Part shown: one piece after another, positions 1 to 8,293 of the stretch
How the letters are laid out: the number at the start of each line of letters is the position of its first letter
Numbering within the stretch: position 1 is the first letter of the stretch
Source of the DNA: a virus
Taxonomy: Duplodnaviria > Caudoviricetes
Length of the DNA stretch: 64,000 bases
Direction: 5' to 3' (one strand)
Virus record (IMG/VR): IMGVR_UViG_3300033076_001012
Span: 25,028-89,027 of that record
Program-made: the position numbers and the translations under genes
The notes under the pieces: model-generated
Told to the model about the DNA's origin: nothing
The model's database searches: none
What the model saw: the letters and a program-made list of their open reading frames with translations, nothing else

Positions 1-307
1 CTTCTGTAATTTTACTACCAAATAGTATTGCCAGTTTTATTTACTCTTATAAGTATTCAGTTATAGAATATTATTCTTATCAAGAAGTAAAATATTAGGA
101 AGTATGTTTAGGTGAACCCTTAGTCATCAAAGGTTGCTTACTCTCTCCAAGAAATTACGGAGGAGATTACGAGTTTAATCTCAGTCCTTTCATTATACCC
201 ATACACCAATAATTATTCAACTAGCAATGTTTTAAATGTTTTTTAAGTAAAGATTCTAATTCTTTAATAGATTTACTTTTTATGAAAAATCAAATTGAGT
301 TTAAGTA

Positions 308-739
308 TTAACCTAATATTTCATTATAATCATTTATAAATCTATTTGCAATTATTTCAGCTGAATTTTCTTTTTTAAAGCAAAAACCCACCGAACAGAA
401 AGAACCGTAAGTCTGATCATCCACATAGCCGAAAGCCCAAACTGAGCCTTTTTTTTCAAACCAAGGATAATATTTAAAACTATTAGTATTAAAATATGGA
501 ATCCATTCTTTATAATCGTTATCAATAAAATTTACAGCTTTTATGATAGTAATAATTTCTAATAGTTTATCATTATAAAATCCTTTAGGATTTGGATTAA
601 CATTATAATCTTCTAATAATTTTTTAGCTGATTCATAGTTTATATTATTAACAGTTAATTTATTAGATGTTTGTCTTGAAATTTCATTCAATTGTTGTTG
701 TGTTAGAGTTATCGAAACTCCATTAATGTCTATTTTCAT
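308..739 (-). CDS. DGR-target family paralog 4 (orphan, VR-like C-terminus)
   Basis: Shares TIIKAVNFIDN..KEW.P.F....KY.P.F and GF.FK....A.I...F...Y with 57013..57441; segment 377..448 has only 7 A in 72 nt on the coding strand. Confidence 0.85.
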   Translation of the reverse strand: MKIDINGVSITLTQQQLNEISRQTSNKLTVNNINYESAKKLLEDYNVNPNPKGFYNDKLLEIITIIKAVNFIDNDYKEWIPYFNTNSFKYYPWFEKKGSVWAFGYVDDQTYGSFCSVGFCFKKENSAEIIANRFINDYNEILG

Positions 740-745
740 AATTGC

Positions 746-994
746 TTATTTTAATTTATTTTTATATTTTGTTTTATAATACTCTAAGGTTTCTTCTTTT
801 CTCCTTTTAATATCTTCAAAATATTTCATTGTTTCATTCTTCTTTTTTTGAATCTCTTTATAATAATCTCTGGTTTTTTGTTTTTTAATTGTATCATTAA
901 GAATTGATATTTTAGATATTAAATTATCAACAGTTTTTATTCTTCTATTAATAAATGTAGATTCTAAATTTTGATATTTATTATATGTTTTCAT
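746..994 (-). CDS. hypothetical basic coiled-coil protein
   Basis: ORF track; co-oriented with neighbours. Confidence 0.6.
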   Translation of the reverse strand: MKTYNKYQNLESTFINRRIKTVDNLISKISILNDTIKKQKTRDYYKEIQKKKNETMKYFEDIKRRKEETLEYYKTKYKNKLK

Positions 995-1109
995 TATTAC
1001 TTGTGGTTTTGAGATTTATTAAATTGTTATAAAAAATAGTAATAATATGTACTAAAAGATATACTATTTGTGAAGATGTTAGCTATATCTAATAATACAC
1101 ATTAATAAT

Positions 1110-1565
1110 TTATTGTTTTTGATATATATTTTTTATATTAAACTGTCCTCCAGCACCTGATATATAGTTTATTGTAAGTATATCGTTTACAAGTTTTCCG
1201 CTACATGTTATTTTAGTTGTTCCTCCATAATTAGGGTCTATCTGTTGAGTATATAGATCGTATCCTGATAGAGTGGTTTGTAAATTTATTATATTTGAAC
1301 AATCTAAATAAACTAAAGTGGCTTGGTTGTTTATAATACTTATTTGTAATATAGAATTTAATGGACAAGAACTGTTAGTTTGTATCAGTTTATATTTACC
1401 AAGCAGTGGACTTGGAGGATTGGTGTTGCCATTACTGCTATATACTGTTGGTGCAGGAGGTTGTTCTTTAGTACAACCTGTTAAACAAAATGTTAATAAT
1501 ATTAATGATAAAAGAGCAAACCATATAAGTTCTTTTAATCTTTCTTTAAAGTTTTTATCTTTCAT
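1110..1565 (-). CDS. putative lipoprotein
   Basis: Likely start MKDKNF at 1565; hydrophobic stretch ending in lipobox LTGC, then a Pro-rich linker. Confidence 0.65.
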   Translation of the reverse strand: MKDKNFKERLKELIWFALLSLILLTFCLTGCTKEQPPAPTVYSSNGNTNPPSPLLGKYKLIQTNSSCPLNSILQISIINNQATLVYLDCSNIINLQTTLSGYDLYTQQIDPNYGGTTKITCSGKLVNDILTINYISGAGGQFNIKNIYQKQ

Positions 1566-1584
1566 AGTTTTGATATATTTATAA

Positions 1585-1878
1585 TTAATTACTTGAATAT
1601 ATTTTATGATTCCACGAATCAATTTTTTCATTTACTTGTATATCTGTATCTGATAAACATATATCTTTTCTATATAATTGGTATAATAAATCAGAATGTA
1701 TCCATATACTACAATTAGTTTTATAGTAGAATGGTGTAAATACAAATATTACAGGTATTGAATTAATCGCATCATAAGGTGTTCCTTTATTTGATTCTTC
1801 CGAATCTTTTTTAGCTCTAATAGATAAATATCTTTGAACTACTGGAGCAAATAACATATTGTGATTGTGGTTATTCAT
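1585..1878 (-). CDS. hypothetical protein
   Basis: ORF track. Confidence 0.5.
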   Translation of the reverse strand: MNNHNHNMLFAPVVQRYLSIRAKKDSEESNKGTPYDAINSIPVIFVFTPFYYKTNCSIWIHSDLLYQLYRKDICLSDTDIQVNEKIDSWNHKIYSSN

Positions 1879-1882
1879 AACA

Positions 1883-2080
1883 TTATTTGTTAGTTAGTAT
1901 TTTAGGGCCATATAATAATCCATTATAACTTCTTATTTGTAGTAACCCTGTTTTGTAATTTGGTTGTTTCTGTAATTCATGTTTTTTCCATGCACATAAT
2001 GAGGCTGAACCTCTTATGATTGTTTCTTGTATAATACCATTTTGTATATATACAAGACAGTATTCTTTAATTTTATCCAT
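1883..2080 (-). CDS. hypothetical protein
   Basis: ORF track; packed against neighbour. Confidence 0.55.
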   Translation of the reverse strand: MDKIKEYCLVYIQNGIIQETIIRGSASLCAWKKHELQKQPNYKTGLLQIRSYNGLLYGPKILTNK

Positions 2081-2404
2081 AAGTCTTTAGTTTTAAAGAT
2101 TAATGTTAGTATTAGTTGGATAAATATATCAAGTACACATGATAGTGTACCTGATATAGAATAGATTAATTTATTCATTTTATTTTTTATTATATGTTGA
2201 ATACTATTATTGCATATGTTAATATAAATAATGTTGCGTAGATTGTTGTTTTTGTGTTAATTTCTAAGTTTTTCATAGTTTTGTAGTTTTATTTTTTATT
2301 TAATGGTTATTTTATCCTTCTGTACTCATTTATAATAATTAATTGTAGGTTGTTTAATTATTATAAATGTCTCACCTTAGGAATGAGTTTATGGTACATT
2401 AATA

Positions 2405-2433
2405 AATCCTCTAACTTATTAGGTTAGAGGATT
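2405..2433 (-). terminator. intrinsic terminator-like hairpin
   Basis: AATCCTCTAAC / GTTAGAGGATT 11-bp stem just downstream of 2457..2903. Confidence 0.6.
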
Positions 2434-2456
2434 ATAGCCATATATTATTGTTGTTT

Positions 2457-2903
2457 TTATACTAAAAGAGCACTTTCAGTTGATACAGATACTGTTGTTT
2501 GTGCATTAATTGGTGTTTTACCATTTGCACGAACAATAGCTTCTGCATTTTCACCTTCAAAGCATACAATTGTTACATTGTCTGCAAATACAAGTGAGCC
2601 ATCTTTACGTTTTTGTTGTGTACCATCAGCAAGAAGTACAGGATATTTTTCAACTTTCATGTTGATGATAGATCCTGGAATTTCTTTTCCGATAGCAGCA
2701 CTAACTGTTGATGGATTAGCACCTTTCCATGTAGTACTTCCATCAGCGTTATGTGCCTGGAAGAATGTTCTTTTTACACTTGGTGCAAAAGGATTAGAAG
2801 GATTGCCAAATTCAGCAACATAGTATTGACGACTTTTTTTACCATCAGTTCTTTGTTTTTCAGTTTTTACGTCTGTTATAGACATTAATTTTACAGTTTT
2901 CAT
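2457..2903 (-). CDS. hypothetical protein (possible OB-fold/ssDNA-binding)
   Basis: Clean ORF with following terminator; beta-rich with aromatic/basic residues; the fold is a guess. Confidence 0.55.
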   Translation of the reverse strand: MKTVKLMSITDVKTEKQRTDGKKSRQYYVAEFGNPSNPFAPSVKRTFFQAHNADGSTTWKGANPSTVSAAIGKEIPGSIINMKVEKYPVLLADGTQQKRKDGSLVFADNVTIVCFEGENAEAIVRANGKTPINAQTTVSVSTESALLV

Positions 2904-3446
2904 AGTGATTTGTTTTTTAATTAATTGTTTAGTTGATTTTTAATTGTGTTTATATAATATATGGCTTATTTCACTCTGCATATAACTCATAAAGTTATTA
3001 GAGGCTTGTGACTCTTGTAGTGTTAGTACAGCTGCATTAAAAACCCATCAGCTTTTAAACTAATGGGTTAACCACAAAATAAATTCAGTATAAAGCCCTG
3101 AATTATCGGCTGTTTGTTTAATAATATATTGTGTATAATGTTCCGTTATTTGTGAATGTATAAGATTCCATAGTTTTGTAGTGTTAGATTGTTACTAATT
3201 TGGTTAAAAAGATAACAGCTTTAACCACTGTTGTGAGAACATAACATTCAAGTTAAGTACAGGTTTTTATATATTGGTTTGCGGTTTTATTTGTTAAAAC
3301 TGCTATATAAAAGGTGATGATTTGTAATATTTAATGTTAGGGAAAAGTGTGATTTGTTAGGTGTAGTGGTAATACCACACTCTAACATCTTCTTTATCAA
3401 CAAGTTATATCATCATTTTTCAATCATTAGTTTATTCAAAAAGTAT

Positions 3447-3468
3447 AAAAAATGGGGATTTCTCCCCA
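3447..3468 (-). terminator. intrinsic terminator
   Basis: TGGGGA/TCCCCA stem with A6 on + (U-tract on -) downstream of 3474..3707. Confidence 0.7.
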
Positions 3469-3473
3469 CTTAA

Positions 3474-3707
3474 CTAAAATATCCAGCGCATTACAGGACT
3501 TCCGTCACTATGTATTAAAGGATTACCTTCTGCATCAACACATCCTTCTCTACCAATTGGTGAAAAGTCTTTTACTTCATCACCAACTTTCAAGTTATCT
3601 GGATTAGCACACCATGCAAATGTATAACCAATTGCATATTTGTTAGATTTGTGTCCAACAAGAATTGTCTTTCCAGATTCAGATAATTTACATACTGTAG
3701 TTTTCAT
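3474..3707 (-). CDS. hypothetical protein, first gene of leftward block
   Basis: ORF track; followed by terminator. Confidence 0.7.
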   Translation of the reverse strand: MKTTVCKLSESGKTILVGHKSNKYAIGYTFAWCANPDNLKVGDEVKDFSPIGREGCVDAEGNPLIHSDGSPVMRWIF

Positions 3708-3972
3708 AAGTTAAGTTTTTTGTGGTTAATACTTTAGCCTGGGTATCTTCCCCTGCCCAAAGCTATGTGGGGGTGATGATATGGGGTGGATCACCTCACC
3801 ACTCATATACCATTTTTTTTAAATTTTTAAAAAATTTTTTAAATTTTAAAATTTAATAATGCTATTTTAAAGGGGTCTAAAAACTATACAATCTACCTAA
3901 AAATATCATATTCCCTAAACATTGCTCAATTCACCAACCAACACTCTCCACAAAAACTAAATAACATTTTTC

Positions 3973-4003
3973 TTGCTTTTTACATTTTATTTACTTATAT
4001 TTG
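3973..4003 (+). promoter_or_regulatory. Bacteroidota primary-sigma promoter
   Basis: TTG(3973)-N20-TATATTTG(3996-4003), matches the TTTG / TAnnTTTG consensus. Confidence 0.75.
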
Positions 4004-4009
4004 TACTTA

Positions 4010-4360
4010 TCATTATGCAGAATATACTTTATAGCATATCAGAGGTAAGACATCTAACTATAGATGAGTCCCCTTTTAGAAGTTGGGTTGTATGAGTAAC
4101 CACTAAAGTAAAAATATAAATACAAATACTTTAATGTTGGCGAAAAGAGTTAAACCAGATAGCCCCAATAGTGATAAAAACTGGTTAGATTGAAAGATTG
4201 TAGGGTGGATACAGGAATAAGTAACCCTCTTGAATTAACAAGGAGTAAGTATCCACGCAGGTGAAGTTCAGACCCAGAAAAGCTAATGAACAGACGAACG
4301 GCTACAATCAATTAAACTAACTAAAACTGGCATAAGGGAATACCCCCCTAAGGGGTATAG
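4010..4360 (+). ncRNA. candidate structured ncRNA / long leader A
   Basis: No ORF; nested stems GATTGTAG/CTACAATC, GTGGATAC/GTATCCAC, GTTCA/TGAAC, AACCAG/CTGGTT, ATACCCC/GGGGTAT. Confidence 0.5.
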
Positions 4361-4398
4361 TGTATCTAATAGTTAAAAATTACATAACATAACAAAAC

Positions 4399-4677
4399 AT
4401 GAAAGAATTTTTAAAATTTCTTCTTAAAAAAGAACAAAGAGGTGAACTAAGATTTGGAATACTTAGTCATATAGTACAGATATTGTGTATTATAGCATCT
4501 TTTGGATCTACTCCTGACATTATTGATGCAATAAAAGAATGTTCAGTATTTGAAGCTATATTTGTTCTTTTGGGTATATCATGTTGTATAGCAGCTCCTT
4601 TTATGTTTTGGATATCAAGATTCCTAAACTTTAGGAGACTACAGAATCTGTCTGCAACTAACCCTAATCTCAACTAA
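4399..4677 (+). CDS. membrane protein (2 TM)
   Basis: Two hydrophobic segments. Confidence 0.65.
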   Translation: MKEFLKFLLKKEQRGELRFGILSHIVQILCIIASFGSTPDIIDAIKECSVFEAIFVLLGISCCIAAPFMFWISRFLNFRRLQNLSATNPNLN

Positions 4678-4678
4678 C

Positions 4679-5128
4679 ATGATAGTTGATATTATATACA
4701 ACTTATTACCCCTACTACTTGTAGTAGTTGCAGCTGCATGTAACGCAGTTATGGACACTCTAACACATCATTACGATAGCTCTGTATTTAAACTAAAAGA
4801 TAGACAGTTTTGGGACCCCTCTATATCTTGGGAAAATAAATACAATATACTTACAGACTACAATACTGGTAAAAAAACATATATACATAAAAAAATAGGT
4901 GATACTAACATAAATACTATAGATGCACTTTCAGATGCCTGGCACATATTTAAATCCCTATCAATAATATCCATACTATTAGCTCTATCCTTAACATCCA
5001 TTATCCCATTAACCATACCCACAATCCATCCATTAATCCTACTACCATCCCTTCTAATACTTTATGGATTAGTGTGGAATAAAACATTTAATCTGTTCTA
5101 TAACAAACTCTTACTTATCAAAAAATAA
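4679..5128 (+). CDS. membrane protein
   Basis: Three hydrophobic segments; NAVMD...FWDP..SW.NKY...DAWH..K motifs. Confidence 0.7.
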   Translation: MIVDIIYNLLPLLLVVVAAACNAVMDTLTHHYDSSVFKLKDRQFWDPSISWENKYNILTDYNTGKKTYIHKKIGDTNINTIDALSDAWHIFKSLSIISILLALSLTSIIPLTIPTIHPLILLPSLLILYGLVWNKTFNLFYNKLLLIKK

Positions 5129-5159
5129 TAAATAAAAGTAATAAAAAGTAACATTTTAC

Positions 5160-5190
5160 TTGACTTTTAAGAATCAAACTACTATATTTG
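5160..5190 (+). promoter_or_regulatory. Bacteroidota primary-sigma promoter
   Basis: TTG(5160)-N20-TATATTTG(5183-5190). Confidence 0.75.
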
Positions 5191-5196
5191 TAATAG

Positions 5197-5461
5197 TTCT
5201 TTGATATAACCAGTTTAGGTTACTCGAACAAGTAGCTGACACTATAAGTTTGCTCTCTGAGCTTTAAAGTCAGTAATCCAACTATTATCATCTAATGTTG
5301 GTGGTTGATGTGGGGAAAACAACCTGTAAGATACTATCGAGTATAGATCTTACATAAACCCCAAACATTCATATAAAATGTTATCCTACTTCCCCGTACA
5401 TACAACCCCCTGAAGTATTGAGATAACATAAACATCCCCAACCCCCTAAAGTTGGGGTTTT
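5197..5461 (+). ncRNA. candidate structured ncRNA / attenuator B
   Basis: Own promoter; stems CTGAC/GTCAG, CCAAC/GTTGG, GGTTG/CAACC, TGTAAGAT/ATCTTACA; ends in a terminator. Confidence 0.55.
5436..5461 (+). terminator. intrinsic terminator
   Basis: CCCCAAC/GTTGGGG stem followed by TTTT. Confidence 0.75.
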
Positions 5462-5546
5462 GTTTTTATAAATATTTCATAGTTTTTTATTCAAACCTAA
5501 TAAATTATATTAGATAAAAATATAATAAAAATAGTTAATTAATAAT

Positions 5547-5951
5547 TTGGAAATAACATACATTGTTATTATCTTTGTCTTATACATAAATTCCATGACA
5601 ATAGAACATAAAGGAGATATTAAAACACTTCTAAATTATAAACTAACTATTCTTACTCCATATCTTAAAACAACTAATAAAGAGAATATGGTAATTATCT
5701 ATCTTTTAGATAAGTATCTTCAAATAAAACATGAAGTAGAATTTCAAAAGAAATTAAATTCTCCTGAAACATTTGCTAACATGGCTAGGGATCTGGGTAT
5801 ATCAATAGATTATCTTAATAACATAAAACGTGCTTTAAGAGTTAAAAAACTATTAACAGAAAACAACTCATTATCCAATATACTCTACACCCTCATTCCT
5901 TCAAAGGATGAATCTAAAAATACTATAAGCTTTAAGTTCTCATTACAATGA
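5547..5951 (+). CDS. hypothetical protein (start may be internal ATG, MTIEHK)
   Basis: ORF track; possible HTH-like segment (MARDLGISIDYLNNIKRAL). Confidence 0.6.
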   Translation: MEITYIVIIFVLYINSMTIEHKGDIKTLLNYKLTILTPYLKTTNKENMVIIYLLDKYLQIKHEVEFQKKLNSPETFANMARDLGISIDYLNNIKRALRVKKLLTENNSLSNILYTLIPSKDESKNTISFKFSLQ

Positions 5952-6253
5952 ATATAATACCTATACCAAAACAGTTCCACATCTTTGGAGAACTTCATAA
6001 AGTTAAACAGTTAAAAATTGTAAAGGATGGAGAAGAGTTTGTATTAGGATTGTATAATCCTGATACAAACATTATAAAAATACAAAAAGCATCTGAGACA
6101 AGAAATCAAGACCAAGTTGAACAAACATTTTTCCATGAACTTGTTCATGCATCACTTGGACATTTATCATATGATAAACTTTACGAAGATGAAGTATTTG
6201 TAGATAACATGGCAAAAGCATTACATCAAGCATTTAAAACAGCTAAATATTAA
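5948..6253 (+). CDS. zincin-like metallopeptidase
   Basis: HExxH motif TFFHELVHASL. Confidence 0.7.
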   Translation: MNIIPIPKQFHIFGELHKVKQLKIVKDGEEFVLGLYNPDTNIIKIQKASETRNQDQVEQTFFHELVHASLGHLSYDKLYEDEVFVDNMAKALHQAFKTAKY

Positions 6254-6258
6254 AACAT

Positions 6259-6372
6259 ATGAACAATACACCTAATTTTGAAGTAGTATCAACTAATACA
6301 TTTAAATATAGACTAATTAGATTATTAACAAACCCCTTTAAATATCTTTTCTTTGGAAAATATGAACTATAG
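6259..6372 (+). CDS. small hypothetical protein (37 aa, not in ORF track)
   Basis: MNNTPNFEVV...FFGKYEL* fills the gap between neighbours. Confidence 0.4.
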   Translation: MNNTPNFEVVSTNTFKYRLIRLLTNPFKYLFFGKYEL

Positions 6373-6631
6373 TGTGAAATTTAATAACGGTTATAGATAT
6401 TATAAATACGAGTACTCTAATTTAGAGGATGCTGTAAATGCGATACAACTTTTTTCAAAATATAAAAATCTTTTTACTAAAAATCATCCAACTGTTGATA
6501 TACGTATAATAGTCTCTAACTTAATGAATACACCTATAGTTATAGAAATTGAAACATGGCACAAAGACTTAGGAAAAGACCCCTTGAACACGAATACATC
6601 AGAAAACTCATCAAATCAGTTGCTGATATAA
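6353..6631 (+). CDS. hypothetical protein
   Basis: ORF track. Confidence 0.55.
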   Translation: MENMNYSVKFNNGYRYYKYEYSNLEDAVNAIQLFSKYKNLFTKNHPTVDIRIIVSNLMNTPIVIEIETWHKDLGKDPLNTNTSENSSNQLLI

Positions 6632-6906
6632 ACAATACAACAACTGAGAAAGTTGAACATATATTATGGACACAATTTAAACTTGTAAAATCTGTAATAG
6701 AAGAAGGAGAAATGAGATCTATACTTTTACCAAACTTCGGTAAATTCTGGGCAAATATAAAACTAAAAAATTACATAGATGAAAAATATATAAAAAAACA
6801 CGGTTTTAAAAAAGAATTACTTAAAAAACCAATACCTGAATTAGCTAAAAGAAGAAGAGGAAGACCTGTTAAAAATACCAATACAGATGTTAAATCAAAA
6901 ACTTAA
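6556..6906 (+). CDS. HU/IHF-like DNA-binding protein with C-terminal AT-hook
   Basis: VADINNTTTEKVEHIL...ILLPNFGKF resembles the HU/IHF core; RRRGRP AT-hook. Confidence 0.7.
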   Translation: MAQRLRKRPLEHEYIRKLIKSVADINNTTTEKVEHILWTQFKLVKSVIEEGEMRSILLPNFGKFWANIKLKNYIDEKYIKKHGFKKELLKKPIPELAKRRRGRPVKNTNTDVKSKT

Positions 6907-7138
6907 AAATATATACGATGGTTGGAAAGGTTTAGTCTGGAAAGATGAGAGAATGAAAACCTTTGCAGAAACAAGAGCTACCATATGTGCTCCATGCGGA
7001 TATAATGCTGCTAATATATGTAAAGCTTGTGGATGTTTTATTCCTGCTAAAATCAAAGCTAAAGGAGCATCTTGTCCAAAAAAATTATGGAATAATGTAA
7101 CAGATGAAGAATTGAATAACATAAATATTACTAAATAA
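6887..7138 (+). CDS. Cys-rich (probable Zn-binding) protein
   Basis: CxxC..CxxCGC..K......CP..W pattern. Confidence 0.7.
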   Translation: MLNQKLKNIYDGWKGLVWKDERMKTFAETRATICAPCGYNAANICKACGCFIPAKIKAKGASCPKKLWNNVTDEELNNINITK

Positions 7139-7416
7139 TGATAGTAGAGTTAAATATATTATCAGATCTTTATTCGCCACCTGTTAAAAATAACAGACAA
7201 AAATTAATAAAAGAAGGTATTGTAACAAAGATGTTAGTTAATACTTCAGATATTAAATATATAGAAGAAACATTCGATAAGAACGGTAAAATACAAAAGA
7301 ATGTTTGCGCTATTAAAATTGATCAGGAAATAATGAGAGTAAAAAATAGTTATAATACTATTAAAAAACTTATTCTTCCTGATAAAATACATACAGGATT
7401 TAAAGAACATAAATGA
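7138..7416 (+). CDS. hypothetical protein
   Basis: ORF track; coupled to neighbours. Confidence 0.65.
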   Translation: MIVELNILSDLYSPPVKNNRQKLIKEGIVTKMLVNTSDIKYIEETFDKNGKIQKNVCAIKIDQEIMRVKNSYNTIKKLILPDKIHTGFKEHK

Positions 7417-7718
7417 TTAATAAAGATATCTTTCCTGAAGATAAACATATATCAAACTATCTACCCTTAGATAAGGGGTTAAACTTTAATTTAAAAGAAG
7501 TTAAAAGAATTTCTATAGATATAGAAAAAAATATAAAAGAAGATGAAAACGAAAAAATATTGACTCTCCTCCTTAAGAGGAGAAATGAGAGAGTATGGAT
7601 AACAATAAGAGACTATAATAAACTACATGATTTGAATATAAATATAGAAAATATTCTAAGTTTAGAATATGAAAACTCCAAAAGTAACAAATATAAAATG
7701 ATAATTAATTATATATAA
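7413..7718 (+). CDS. hypothetical protein
   Basis: ORF track; ATGA overlap. Confidence 0.6.
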   Translation: MINKDIFPEDKHISNYLPLDKGLNFNLKEVKRISIDIEKNIKEDENEKILTLLLKRRNERVWITIRDYNKLHDLNINIENILSLEYENSKSNKYKMIINYI

Positions 7719-7790
7719 GGTTTCTAAGCATATGTGGAGATGCTCCTGATTTGTACTCAGGATAACAGGGTTCGACTCCTTGAGAAACCT
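7719..7790 (+). tRNA. trnT: tRNA-Thr(UGU)
   Basis: Acceptor GGTTTCT/AGAAACC; D stem GCAT/ATGC; anticodon stem CCTGA/TCAGG with loop TTTGTAC; T arm CAGGG-TTCGACT-CCTTG; no encoded CCA. Confidence 0.9.
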
Positions 7791-7814
7791 CTAAACAAAT
7801 AAAACAAATAAACA

Positions 7815-8129
7815 ATGACGGAAGAGAAAAATGTAGAGTATTCTTACTCAGCGATTGGTGATAACATTGTAGTTGATCCAAAGATTAAAGATGAAACAGA
7901 TAGTGGTATTAAACTTTTAGATAAAACAGCAGAAGATAATAAAGAAATGTATCCTGAAGTAATTTCTGTTGGCGAAAAAGTTACAGGTATAAAACCAGGT
8001 GATAAAGTAGCTTTGCATCATATGGCACATCCTACTATGATACCTTTAGGTAAACGTAAACTATTTAACTTTAAACAGTATGATATTATAGGAGTAGTAT
8101 CTGAAAAACCTAATCTAATGAAAATTTAA
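7815..8129 (+). CDS. groES: GroES-like co-chaperonin
   Basis: IGDNIVV...T.SGI.L...EVISVGEKV.GIKPGDKV...DIIGVV. Confidence 0.85.
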   Translation: MTEEKNVEYSYSAIGDNIVVDPKIKDETDSGIKLLDKTAEDNKEMYPEVISVGEKVTGIKPGDKVALHHMAHPTMIPLGKRKLFNFKQYDIIGVVSEKPNLMKI

Positions 8130-8138
8130 TATAATTAA

Positions 8139-8291
8139 ATGGAAAATTTAGAAATAAGACTTTTAAAACTTGAAACAGAACTTAATGAATTACGTTCAAG
8201 GATGTTATTTCTTCAATCTGAAATTGTTAGTATTAGATTATCAATGAATGATTCATACAATAGTACAATTCCTAAAATAACTACTTCCTAA
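8139..8291 (+). CDS. small coiled-coil protein (50 aa, not in ORF track)
   Basis: MENLEIRLLKLETELNELRSR... fills the gap before 8294. Confidence 0.5.
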   Translation: MENLEIRLLKLETELNELRSRMLFLQSEIVSIRLSMNDSYNSTIPKITTS

Positions 8292-8293
8292 GT

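Noticed and set aside
2904-3446. ~540-nt ORF-poor stretch with a few hairpins (e.g. AACCCAT/ATGGGTT at 3042-3069)
   Set aside because: The stems are scattered and only tiny ORFs are present; I could not support a specific RNA or gene.
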